Assembly: GCA_965214775.1 (NCBI GenBank)
Contig: OZ243974.1
Span: 2,528,001-2,592,000, forward strand
DNA from: Nitrosopumilus sp.
Lineage (GTDB): Archaea > Thermoproteota > Nitrososphaeria > Nitrososphaerales > Nitrosopumilaceae
Reading direction: 5' to 3'
DNA length: 64,000 nucleotides
This document shows positions 40,635 to 49,958 of this stretch, piece by piece. The notes under the pieces are model-generated. The model did no database searches. It was given only the letters and a program-made list of their open reading frames with translations, and was not told the DNA's origin. Position 1 is the stretch's first letter; the number at the start of each line of letters is the position of its first letter. A program made the position numbers and the translations under genes.

Positions 40635-41929
40635 GGCGTTGTCCGGAATCGTGATTTTAGGACGTGATTTCCGGGGAGATTTGTACAAAATCATGGCGCA
40701 ATGACTGCAAACATAGAGACGAATCCGCACTCCGGCCCGCATTGTGCAGTTATGGCCCGTGTTTTGACGTCATACTGCATAGCATCCGCTAGCCGGACGA
40801 TTCCACCGTACCGGCATTATGGATCCTAGCTGACCAGATTGTAGCAGAATACCTTGAGGGTAAGCCTGAGCGACTGCATCGGAAGCGACATGGCGCGCAC
40901 CGTGGAGTCAAACCTTGCCTTTATCGACGAGAAGGCCGACTCAACGAGGCTGCGCTGGTGGTACGTCTTCTCGAATCCCTCGGGGTCCTTTTTGTGCCAT
41001 CTTAGCATCTTGGAGCGGGCGTTGAACCCGTGAACCGTATATCCTGTACGCGGACATATCACTGGGGTTCTGCCTCCGTCGGCTATGACCCTGCAGTTCT
41101 CATACGAGTCGTATGCGGCATCCAGGATCACGTGTCCTGTGCCGTTGGGAACCTGCGGTAGCAGCTCGTTACGGAACACCGGGGAATCATGGAATTCGCC
41201 CGGCGTCACCTCGCAGGCGGCAATCTTGCCGTGCGGGGCCAACAGTATGTGCAGCTTGGCAAACATCTGCCTGGATATGACGCCCTTCTTTGCGTCCTCC
41301 CATGTGTGGTATCTCATTATGGAGAAACCGCTAGAGTCGCCAAGCAACGTTCCCCTGGCGTCTGCGCCTGCCTGTTCTGAGAGTACCGATCTTAGCACCG
41401 ACTTGTCCCAGGCAGCTATCCTTACGGCTGCATCATGCAGTGTCGACTTGGCCGGAACCTTTTTGAGCCCGTACATGTTAGTTGAACCAGGATTCGACTC
41501 CATGTATTCGACGTGCCTGCGATACGAGTTTCCGCGGTACTCCATGTCGAGTACGCACAGAAGATAGGGAATTTCATCCTCTTGCTCTGTGTTATGGAGG
41601 AGGGACAGGAGGATCTTGCGGATCTTTTTGATTCCGATGCCGCACCTCTTGCTGTCCTCTCTCCTTTTTTTCTCGTACTCGGCATAGTATTCCGGAGGTC
41701 TCGTGTACTCTGACTTTTTTTTCTTGCTGGTCTTGCTGGATTCCTTCTTGGATTCCTTCTTGGATTCCTTCTTGGATTCCTTCTTGGATTCCTTCTTGGA
41801 TTCCTTCTTGTTGGTCTTTGATTTCATTGATACGGGGACGTCGATCCTATGATCCATAAGGTTGTCGCATCCTGCGCTTATGATCTATAAGCTTATCGGT
41901 AGATTTCTGGAAAAATTCCGGACAACGCC
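40635..41929 (-). mobile_element. IS5/IS4-like insertion sequence (1295 bp)
   Basis: 15-bp TIR GGCGTTGTCCGGAAT/ATTCCGGACAACGCC; 9-bp TSD GGGTATTTA. Confidence 0.95.
40826..41857 (-). CDS. DDE transposase (DDE_Tnp_1-like) with an N-terminal (KKES)x6 repeat
   Basis: GDSSG, KLH, HDSP, LDAAYD, YHQRSLVESAFSSIK (YREK-like). 12-bp repeat GGATTCCTTCTT at about 41738-41809. Confidence 0.93.
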   Translation of the reverse strand: MDHRIDVPVSMKSKTNKKESKKESKKESKKESKKESKKESSKTSKKKKSEYTRPPEYYAEYEKKRREDSKRCGIGIKKIRKILLSLLHNTEQEDEIPYLLCVLDMEYRGNSYRRHVEYMESNPGSTNMYGLKKVPAKSTLHDAAVRIAAWDKSVLRSVLSEQAGADARGTLLGDSSGFSIMRYHTWEDAKKGVISRQMFAKLHILLAPHGKIAACEVTPGEFHDSPVFRNELLPQVPNGTGHVILDAAYDSYENCRVIADGGRTPVICPRTGYTVHGFNARSKMLRWHKKDPEGFEKTYHQRSLVESAFSSIKARFDSTVRAMSLPMQSLRLTLKVFCYNLVS

Positions 41930-42208
41930 GGGTATTTACTTCCCAAAATCCGACAAATGAGTAAAAACACAGACAAATATTCGGCGCGCGGATATGCTGA
42001 GAAAATTGTTGATGACAGGATTCCTCCTGAACGAAAACTCCGATGGAGTGATTTTGACTACTATGTTATGATTGCGCCTTTTTGCGACTATGGAAAACTC
42101 CCTGCAAAAATACCTGACAAGATAAACAAATTTGTAATGTGACAGCGTATGAGGCACATCCCCTTGCGAACCAAGCGTAAAAATCACATTTGCATACAAA
42201 TTTGCTCC

Positions 42209-42291
42209 TATAGCAACACGCAGAAGTCTTTGAGTCAAAACACGGTCAGATTGCCCGTGAAAGACCTCAATTACTTGTGACCGTTGCTATA
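42209..42291. mobile_element. MITE family D, copy 2 (including TA flanks)
   Basis: TATAGCAAC...GTTGCTATA; shared core AAGTCTTTGAGTCAAA...ACCTCAATTA. Confidence 0.8.
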
Positions 42292-42363
42292 GCTGTTTGA
42301 GAGAAGATGACCCCGCACTTCGATCCCGGTAAATCACATATCCCTAAAAATCGTGGGCAAGCG

Positions 42364-42750
42364 GTGAGGGTCTTGGTGTATGACGAATGTGCAGTAGATG
42401 ACGATTATTCAAAAATTTTACAGATCAAGGACATTCCTGAACCCGTCCCAAAACCTAACGAAGTTGTTTTTAGAGTCGAGACGACAGATCTCAACTATGA
42501 TGATACTTGGGCAATGAGAGGAAAGCCCTTGGTAGTTCCCTTGTCGCACATCTCTGGCACCGATGCCGCAGGCGAGGTTACCACTGTGGGAGACGACGTT
42601 AAAAATTTCATAGTCGACAAAGTTGTCTCATGGAAACATGTCCTGCAAAGTTTGCAGGTACTACACAAGTGGAGAAGAATACAACCGCAAACAAAAAAAT
42701 TGAGGATTTGAAACCGGTTCGCTCTGGGGAGTGTACTGTGAAGGTTATGT
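42364..42750 (+). pseudogene. Truncated zinc-dependent alcohol dehydrogenase/enoyl reductase (MDR family)
   Basis: VRVLVYDE...HISGTDAAGEV, then a frameshift to HGNMSCKVC...*GFETGSLWGVYCE. The NAD(P)-binding half is missing. Confidence 0.85.
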
Positions 42751-42782
42751 GTAAAATTGGGGATATGGAATCCCCTCAAAAA

Positions 42783-42960
42783 TCACTCCATAGCCCTGTT
42801 GAGACTGGCATTCTGGATTATCGTCTTCCACTTGTTTGTACCGTCCATGCTTATCAGGGACGATTCTGCCGGGGTCTGGCCGTCCAGTGCACCGTGCTTT
42901 TTTGTATAATTACAGTAGACCCTCATCCCGTCAAGGATTGCAGTGTCGGCGGAGGCGGCC
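42783..42960 (-). pseudogene. C-terminal fragment of an archaeal DDE (IS6-like) transposase
   Basis: GMRVYCNYTKKHGALDGQTPAE...NKWKTIIQNA. Confidence 0.65.
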
Positions 42961-43012
42961 TGAAGTGAATTAGGCGACAACCACTATCTCAGGTGTCTAA
43001 GATTACAGAGTC

Positions 43013-43098
43013 CTTTAGGACGTGTTCCGTCAAGGATGACATCTACAAGTATCTTGAGCGCAGTGTGTAATCAGGCTAATTTTTCAATGATCATCAGT
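43013..43098 (+). mobile_element. Solo right end of the IS630 element
   Basis: Aligns with about 11146-11230, including the TIR. Confidence 0.85.
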
Positions 43099-43619
43099 TA
43101 GGTCTTCTGCCTAGCTGTCAAAAGTGTCCTCTGACGGAGGTTTTCCAAAAATTTTATCAATCAATTTGAAAAAAGGACATTTTCCATCATACATGTTACT
43201 TGTACGACAGTTATCCTTAAAAATAATTCTGTGTTTGTTCAAGAAAAATTTTTGAGTAAATAAGTAAATCCCGGACAATGTCAGAAATTGTGCATACAGA
43301 AGAATGCAGATACAAAACGACTGACGATATGTCGCAGACTAGCTGTTGTTGTTAGACTTTATGCGCAACCGACACAGATCAAAAAAACCAGGCATATTTT
43401 ACGTCGTTTTTGACAGATACGCACAAAGCCGATTGCAAATGCCACAAAATCGTCATGGCCGAATCATCAAAATTGGAATCAGGATCTTTTTGAAGAACCA
43501 AAGCTGTCGATTATTTCAGTAACGTTTGCAAGAATGGTTTTTTTGATATCTTCTTTTTTCATTCCAGAGGCAGACATTAGCTTCATTTGATCCATCAATG
43601 CAAAATGAACCCTTCCTTG

Positions 43620-45746
43620 GTACAACTTCAGGTCCTTTTTATACTGACAGTCAAACATTTTTGGGCAGCATCTTATGATCAGATGCCCCTCCGAACATGG
43701 CTGAACATCAGACATTTGTGATCAGACATTGCAGGTTTGGAATTTACGGGAGTGACATAATATCGGCATCTTGGTCAAAGAATTTCGATGGAAATCTTTT
43801 TTGATCTTGCCTGTCTGATGTAACATATGGACTCCAAAGCCGTGCTTGCACACTGTACGGATCCTGGAAAGGCACTTGTCATGATCATGGAGCAGGATGA
43901 GAAGATCTCCGGGCTGGAAAAAGAACTCTCTATTGTCAAGAAGGAGAATGCTGATGTCAAGAAGGAGAACTCTAAGCTTCAGGCAAGGCTTGCCCTGTAC
44001 GAGAGTCCCAACATGCCCACGTCCACGCCGTCATTATACAATGATGCCAGAAGAAAGTTCAGGGAGAAAAGGGGCGAGGATCCCGGCGGCAGTCCCGGCG
44101 ATGCTGCTCGGGGCAAGAAACGCGGCCCTCCGTGCGGACACCATGGTACATCGCACGGCAACCGGCCATCAATGACATTAAGGTACGATCTTGGCTCCAA
44201 AATATGCCCAAAGTGCAACATCCAGTTACGGATGCTCAAGCCGATCCACAAGCTTGTAAACGACCTGGACGGTTTTATGCGCATGCTCACTGCCAATGCC
44301 ATCATCCAAAACGCGGTGTGTCCACAGTGCAATACCGTGCATGTCGCAGCTACCCCGTTTCTAAGCGGCACGTCACTTGGGCCCGTCTCACTCTCTCTAA
44401 TCATGATGTTCTTTGAGAAGGGAAACACAGACGAGGACATTGCAGAGTACTTTCAGTATATGTTTGGATTCAAGATGGCCCCAAATACCGTGACTGCCGC
44501 CCGGCACGCAGTGGCAGAGGCGATTCAACAAAACATGATACAACGCATACAGTCATTCATTGCGGGCAGGCCGTGGATACAGATGGACGAGACCGGATTT
44601 AAGCGCGGCGACGGACACATGGGATACGTCTGGGTGCTCAACTGCGAGGGGGCGTGCTTTGTGGTATTTGCAGATTCCCGGTCCTCTGAGGTACTGCACA
44701 CGCACTTTGGATGGCTGGATCCCAAGACTCCCATAGTCGTAGACGGACTGGCCCAGTACAAGCTGTTCTTTGTGACAATCCAGAGGTGTTGGAGGCACCT
44801 TCTGGCGTATGCAGAAAAGCTTGCAGTAAAGATGCCCGAAGGCGATAACGAGAAAAGGTATGACTTGCTGCTGGAATTCTACAGGAAGATAGATAAAATC
44901 AAGACGCTTGCGCCGCTTACATGCATGGAGCTTTCCAGGGAAGTATACAAAATAATCAACCCGTATGAGGACGTTCACGTGCGTACACACCTGCTAAACG
45001 CCATACATAACATGTTTACGTGTCTGGCGCATCGGGGAATGCCGCTGCACAACAACGATACGGAGCGGTGCATACGCGACGGGATCATACCACAACGCAA
45101 TGCACGTCACAAGATTGTAACTGACGGGGGAAGAAAGACGGCTTCTGCGCTGCTGACATTTTCGATGACATGTCGCAAGCAGAATATACATCCTGCCGGC
45201 GGACTCTTGAAATACCTGCGGAATCCGGGCTGGGATGTCTTTGCAGAAGCAGGAGATGATGATGATAATGCGCGCCTGCTGTCCTCGCTTGCCAATACGG
45301 ACGGTACAAGATACAGCGTCTTTGAGTGTCCCGGGCCGCCGCCGGCGTGGCCGCCTGTAGTCGATGATGACGCAGGCAGTGAAGGAGGAGCGGTACGCCG
45401 GAACCGGACGGCCGTCGTACCAGCAGCAGCAGCTCCCATAACAACATGATCCGTCTGGCGCCTACGGGACGGCGTAACCCGTAGCTTTATGTCAAAGAAT
45501 CCGGCCGTGTAGGCAAGTCTGCCAGTCAACAACGCCTGACAAATCTGACAATGCTGGTTTCCTGCAGGTGCCGTCTGCCAATAATCTGTTGTCTGCCAAT
45601 AATCTGTTGTCTGCGCGCTGCCGGTCTTGCATATACAAGGGACGTGTGATGATGATGTAGCGGGTCTGTCACAGCAGATGCGGAAGGATCAAAAAGTTCC
45701 GGGCAAAAAGTTCCCTAGTCAGTATAAAAAGGACCTGAAGTTGTAC
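43620..45746 (+). mobile_element. IS66-family element, single-ORF (ISBst12-like), 2127 bp
   Basis: 29-bp TIR GTACAACTTCAGGTCCTTTTTATACTGAC; 8-bp TSD CTTCCTTG. Confidence 0.95.
43827..45449 (+). CDS. IS66 transposase (TnpC-like)
   Basis: Coiled coil, CPKC/CPQC zinc ribbon, MDETG, VVDG, QRCWRHL, HNNDTERCIR. Confidence 0.93.
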   Translation: MDSKAVLAHCTDPGKALVMIMEQDEKISGLEKELSIVKKENADVKKENSKLQARLALYESPNMPTSTPSLYNDARRKFREKRGEDPGGSPGDAARGKKRGPPCGHHGTSHGNRPSMTLRYDLGSKICPKCNIQLRMLKPIHKLVNDLDGFMRMLTANAIIQNAVCPQCNTVHVAATPFLSGTSLGPVSLSLIMMFFEKGNTDEDIAEYFQYMFGFKMAPNTVTAARHAVAEAIQQNMIQRIQSFIAGRPWIQMDETGFKRGDGHMGYVWVLNCEGACFVVFADSRSSEVLHTHFGWLDPKTPIVVDGLAQYKLFFVTIQRCWRHLLAYAEKLAVKMPEGDNEKRYDLLLEFYRKIDKIKTLAPLTCMELSREVYKIINPYEDVHVRTHLLNAIHNMFTCLAHRGMPLHNNDTERCIRDGIIPQRNARHKIVTDGGRKTASALLTFSMTCRKQNIHPAGGLLKYLRNPGWDVFAEAGDDDDNARLLSSLANTDGTRYSVFECPGPPPAWPPVVDDDAGSEGGAVRRNRTAVVPAAAAPITT

Positions 45747-45882
45747 CTTCCTTGAAGGTAGTCTACAACCCCATATCCGTTTTTAGGAAATTCCGTGACA
45801 AACAGATCATGCCCGGACAGATCCTTGGAATTATCACCCATGTCTCAAATAAAACCAAAACACATTATAAAATTTTTAAATT

Positions 45883-46065
45883 TTATTTTTTCAAGGACTC
45901 ATAGCCAATGGATCTCATTGCTGCACATGGTTTGTTTCCCTTACTCCAGCATTTGCATGAACAGGAAACCGCCTTGCCGGTTTTCAAGTCTTTGACAACT
46001 TTGTGGAAATAGCCCTCTCTCACTTTGGATTCAACGCTAATCGTTTCAAATCCTTCAGATTCCAT
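45883..46065 (-). CDS. Small SWIM-like zinc-finger protein
   Basis: VSCSCKCW...KPC. Confidence 0.5.
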   Translation of the reverse strand: MESEGFETISVESKVREGYFHKVVKDLKTGKAVSCSCKCWSKGNKPCAAMRSIGYESLKK

Positions 46066-46143
46066 GATCAGTCCAAGTCTGTTTTGAACTTAAGGTTATC
46101 CCCCATAGCAAATATTCATTAAAGAAACGAATACAGGTTTCTC

Positions 46144-46494
46144 ATGACAGAATTCATTCACAAAGGTTACGAAAAGATCTATGTTCGAGACATGATCAAG
46201 TTGGATTTAGACGATTTGATCAGCATGATGTCATCGCTAGAATCTGCCAATGCATACTGGGTGGACGGGGTGTTGTTTGCAAGTTTTGCCATGACAGAAT
46301 CTGAGGAACTGGCAAAAAAAGAGATGCAAGATGAGATGTATCTAGATAAAATAATTTTTGCAATACATGAAAACTATTCAAAAACAGTAAAATCATCTAC
46401 AAATCTCGAGGTCGGAGTCCTCAACATGAGCAAAAGTAAATTGTACAGAGAATTGATTGCATGGTTAAAAAAACAAGAAATTTGGTCTGAGTGA
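46144..46494 (+). CDS. Conserved archaeal-type hypothetical protein
   Basis: YEKIYVRD...AYWVDGVLF pattern; TATA-like element upstream. Confidence 0.75.
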   Translation: MTEFIHKGYEKIYVRDMIKLDLDDLISMMSSLESANAYWVDGVLFASFAMTESEELAKKEMQDEMYLDKIIFAIHENYSKTVKSSTNLEVGVLNMSKSKLYRELIAWLKKQEIWSE

Positions 46495-46890
46495 TTTTTT
46501 TAGAAGATGCATGTCCACATTAGATGATTTTGAGCAAGCCATTACTGTGCCATTTGAAAAGAAAGTTTTGACAAGTAAAAAACAAAGACAGCAAAGGCAG
46601 ATACTTGTAAAATCAGCAATGATTCACGGAGAACCCAACAGTCAGAAATGCAAACATGCCTGAAAATTCTTTGACGTGCTAATTTCAGAAACCAAGCAAT
46701 ACTGCAAATCAAACTGTGAAATTTTATCCAATAACAGAGGCCACACACCAGGATGAGAAAGAGAAAGGGTCCACGATTATCAGAATTAAAAAACAGGATT
46801 AAAATGCGGGTGTTTGTTTTTTTGGAAAAAACATCTACGCAGGCAAATCCAAATAATTGAAATAGCGAAAAAATCAAAATTATATTGGGC

Positions 46891-47085
46891 ATGGAGACTC
46901 CAAACCAAATCAACTCGGTCTATTGGGACGAAGAAACAAAATCGTGGCAATACAAAATTCTCAAGGTAGATGAATATCACGGGTTTACAGAATGTCAACG
47001 CTGCAGAAGGCCAATATCCCACAACATAAAGTCAGGCGGGGAATTCAAAGTGGCGTATGTCAAATGTGCTTGTTCTAGAGGCTAG
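46891..47085 (+). CDS. Small zinc-ribbon protein
   Basis: CQRC...KCAC. Confidence 0.65.
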   Translation: METPNQINSVYWDEETKSWQYKILKVDEYHGFTECQRCRRPISHNIKSGGEFKVAYVKCACSRG

Positions 47086-47089
47086 TTTA

Positions 47090-47752
47090 CTATGAATTGT
47101 TCAGATAATATTTCTCAATTCTTTCATTCATTGGCCCGACATAATCAGCACATGGTTTGATGAATTCCTGGCGAGTGTTTTTTTCACTGCTTACCAGTAT
47201 TACCACTTGGTTGATTTTTTGCCCGGTAACTTCTTCAAACATCTGTGCATAACAGGTTGTTTGCAAATAATATTCATACATGTATTCGTCAATCTGGGGT
47301 TTTCTCTTGGTTTTGTAATCGATTATGGAAAGATCCCCGTTGTATTTGGCAATCAAATCGCTGGTTCCTGCAACCCGTAGTCTGTCTGAATACATCCTTT
47401 GTTCAGTACATACCACTTCTGAAATATTTTCCAAATACGGCTTTAGGTTGTGAAAATGTGCAAGTGGCAGCAAGTCAAATTCTTCCATGTTCAGGGATCC
47501 GCCAAGATAATCTTCTATGATTTTATGGGATTGTGTGCCTATATCTTGTGCCTGTGCTGTGATATATTCGTGGGCCGGTTCACCCTCTTTCCAGGAGGCA
47601 AGGCCGTTCTTTTTCTCATCTGAGGCTGTTGCAGAAAGAACAGTGTTTACTGAGGGATAGACATTGTCAAATTTTGTCTTGTACCAATGCCCGTCTTCTC
47701 GATCCAGCAGTGTGGGTTCCCGTGTTTTTAGCATTTGCAAAAAATTCGCCAT
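47090..47752 (-). CDS. PD-(D/E)XK exonuclease (MGME1/phage-exonuclease-like)
   Basis: YPSVNTVL, GTQSH, AGTSDLI, IIDYKT, LQTTCY. Confidence 0.85.
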   Translation of the reverse strand: MANFLQMLKTREPTLLDREDGHWYKTKFDNVYPSVNTVLSATASDEKKNGLASWKEGEPAHEYITAQAQDIGTQSHKIIEDYLGGSLNMEEFDLLPLAHFHNLKPYLENISEVVCTEQRMYSDRLRVAGTSDLIAKYNGDLSIIDYKTKRKPQIDEYMYEYYLQTTCYAQMFEEVTGQKINQVVILVSSEKNTRQEFIKPCADYVGPMNERIEKYYLNNS

Positions 47753-47789
47753 GATAAACCCAATCTGTTTTGTAATTTAATGGTTAAAA

Positions 47790-48206
47790 TTATTTCAAGA
47801 TGTCTTGAAATTTGTCAAATTCAGATTTGGTTTTGACAAACTGATCAGTGTTGATTTTTAAGGAAAACAACTGCCTCATTTCAGAATCAATGATGCAGAT
47901 TATTTCATTAAATATCAAAGTGTCAATTAGTTGGTCATTTGGATAAACGGCGTATTTGAAGGATTTTTCCTCAGATGATATGATCAATTTGAATCCAAAC
48001 AACAGCCCAAACTCGTCATCCCTGTTTAGAAAACCAACAAGTTTCGCTTTTACACTCGGATTGTCCAACAAAGGTTCAAAATCAGAAGAATCAGAATCCG
48101 TGTCAATTATGCACGATACGGGTCTTTCTTGTATGTGCAATACTGTAGACTTGTGAGTAGGCACAAACTCCTCAGGATTTGGCATTTTGTCTAGTGGCAC
48201 AAACAT
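47790..48206 (-). CDS. Hypothetical protein
   Basis: Likely start at ATG 48206; the upstream ORF-track extension crosses intergenic sequence. Confidence 0.7.
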   Translation of the reverse strand: MFVPLDKMPNPEEFVPTHKSTVLHIQERPVSCIIDTDSDSSDFEPLLDNPSVKAKLVGFLNRDDEFGLLFGFKLIISSEEKSFKYAVYPNDQLIDTLIFNEIICIIDSEMRQLFSLKINTDQFVKTKSEFDKFQDILK

Positions 48207-48259
48207 AAATCTAGCATGGCCAGATAAAAAATTATTATAAAAAAAGAAAAAAATAGGAG

Positions 48260-48457
48260 TTACTGTAATGAATAATGGACATCGCAAAAGAGAACTATTC
48301 CATGGGGCAGAGTCTTGGCAGTAATGCTGTGGCCTCCCTCTAGTCCTTGACCGCAGACATAGCACTCTACTGGAGATACGGATGACTGTAATGTTTGCTG
48401 CTGGTTTGTAACTGGCAGATGCATCTTGTGTAAGATTGTATGCCTTGCCTTCTGCAT
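48260..48457 (-). CDS. Small zinc-binding protein
   Basis: CYVC...FCDVH; TTTATA upstream. Confidence 0.6.
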   Translation of the reverse strand: MQKARHTILHKMHLPVTNQQQTLQSSVSPVECYVCGQGLEGGHSITAKTLPHGIVLFCDVHYSLQ

Positions 48458-48608
48458 GATACAGATCATGCGATCAGATATGATATAAAGGTACCGTACT
48501 ATACGGTAACCTGTCCAGGCATGAAGTGTCAACAAATTCAGACAAAAAATCTGTTGCAGGGCGATTCTAATCAGTTTAAATAACAAATCACACTAGCTTC
48601 GTCTATGG

Positions 48609-49958
48609 GTGAACACCTTTGGAAGCCATCAACCCAGCATAATTCCCCTAGAGTTAACTGAAAACCAATTTCAGATATATGGCAAGATTTCCAGAAATTA
48701 TGATCATTCTTTTCTCTTTGAGTCCTTGACAGGTCCTGAAGTTCTAGCCGAAACATCAGTAATGGGTTTTGACCCAAAAAAAATCATCACGGGATTTTCA
48801 GACAGGGTGGAAATTATTTCCAAAGACAAGACAGAAACAATCCAAGCAAGGGATCCGTTTGCAGAAATCAAGAAGCTGTTGAGAAGATCAGAGAACCAGA
48901 GCTACCGGTATCTTGGAGGGGCAGTAGGTGCAGTAAACTATGATGCCATCAGACTGGTAGAAGACATTCCTGATTCAAATTCTTCAGCAGACCCGCTTAT
49001 GGAGTTTGGAATATATGATGACGGGATACTGTACGATAACTTGCACAAAAAATTATTTTACTTTTACTACGATGAGAATCGATTTGACCAATTCAAGATA
49101 TCTGACGATGTGTTCGGGAAATACAGCGCTACGGGGGCCATTCCAAACTCAAACAATGAACAGTTCGCAGAAATGGTAAACAAGGCAAAGAAATACATCC
49201 ATGATGGAGACATCTTTCAGGTTGTCCTGTCAAGAAAATTTGTATTCGAGTCGTCAGGGGATGATTTAACGCTGTACAAGACTTTGAGAAAGATGAATCC
49301 TTCGCCGTACATGTACCACTTGAAGCAGGGACAAAAGACCATCATCGGCGCATCCCCCGAAATGCTAGTCCGAATTACAAACGACAGGGTTGAAACGTTC
49401 CCTATTGCAGGTACAAGAAAAGTTACCGGTGATGATGATGAAAACAGGAGACTGGCAGGGGAATTACTCGATGATGAAAAGGAATTGGCAGAACATACCA
49501 TGCTGGTGGATTTGGGAAGAAATGACATTGGAAGAGTATGCAAGTTTGGAACGGTTCGTCCAGAATCACTGATGCAGATTAAGCGATTCAGCCATGTTCA
49601 ACACATTGTCACTCATATTGTGGGCAATCTGGCCCCAAAAAATGACATGTTTGATGCCTTCAAGGCGGTATTTCCTGCAGGAACCGTTTCTGGGGCGCCA
49701 AAAGTAAGAGCCATGGAAATCATCGACGAGCTAGAAAGCGAGGCCAGAGGCCCATATGCAGGGGCCGTAGGGTATTTTTCGTACAACGGATGCTGCGATT
49801 TTGCAATTGCCATAAGAAGCATTTTCATAGAGGACGGCAAAGGGTTTTTGCAGTCCGGGGCAGGCATTGTTTCAGATTCCGTTGCACAAAACGAATTCAA
49901 GGAAACAGAACACAAGGCAGGAGCCATGCTTCAAGCATTAAGGGAGGCATCAAATTGA
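48609..49958 (+). CDS. trpE: Anthranilate synthase component I
   Basis: FLFES, NPSPYM, EHTMLVDLGRND, GTVSGAPK. Confidence 0.95.
   Translation: MNTFGSHQPSIIPLELTENQFQIYGKISRNYDHSFLFESLTGPEVLAETSVMGFDPKKIITGFSDRVEIISKDKTETIQARDPFAEIKKLLRRSENQSYRYLGGAVGAVNYDAIRLVEDIPDSNSSADPLMEFGIYDDGILYDNLHKKLFYFYYDENRFDQFKISDDVFGKYSATGAIPNSNNEQFAEMVNKAKKYIHDGDIFQVVLSRKFVFESSGDDLTLYKTLRKMNPSPYMYHLKQGQKTIIGASPEMLVRITNDRVETFPIAGTRKVTGDDDENRRLAGELLDDEKELAEHTMLVDLGRNDIGRVCKFGTVRPESLMQIKRFSHVQHIVTHIVGNLAPKNDMFDAFKAVFPAGTVSGAPKVRAMEIIDELESEARGPYAGAVGYFSYNGCCDFAIAIRSIFIEDGKGFLQSGAGIVSDSVAQNEFKETEHKAGAMLQALREASN

Larger units (their letters stand above)
40278..42142 (+). pseudogene. IS-interrupted gene (186 aa when rejoined), possibly SRA/YDG-like
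   Basis: 40278-40634 joins in frame to 41939-42142 across the GGGTATTTA duplication (...LIGYL|LPKIRQMSK...). Confidence 0.85.
43479..45841 (-). pseudogene. 75-aa hypothetical gene split by IS66
   Basis: 45841-45747 plus 43611-43479 joins in frame: MGDNSKDLSGHDLFVTEFPKNGYGVVDYLQGRVHFALMDQMKL...SSKRS. Confidence 0.8.

Noticed and set aside
47090-47752. Cas4
   Set aside because: Lacks the four-Cys Fe-S arrangement and any CRISPR context.
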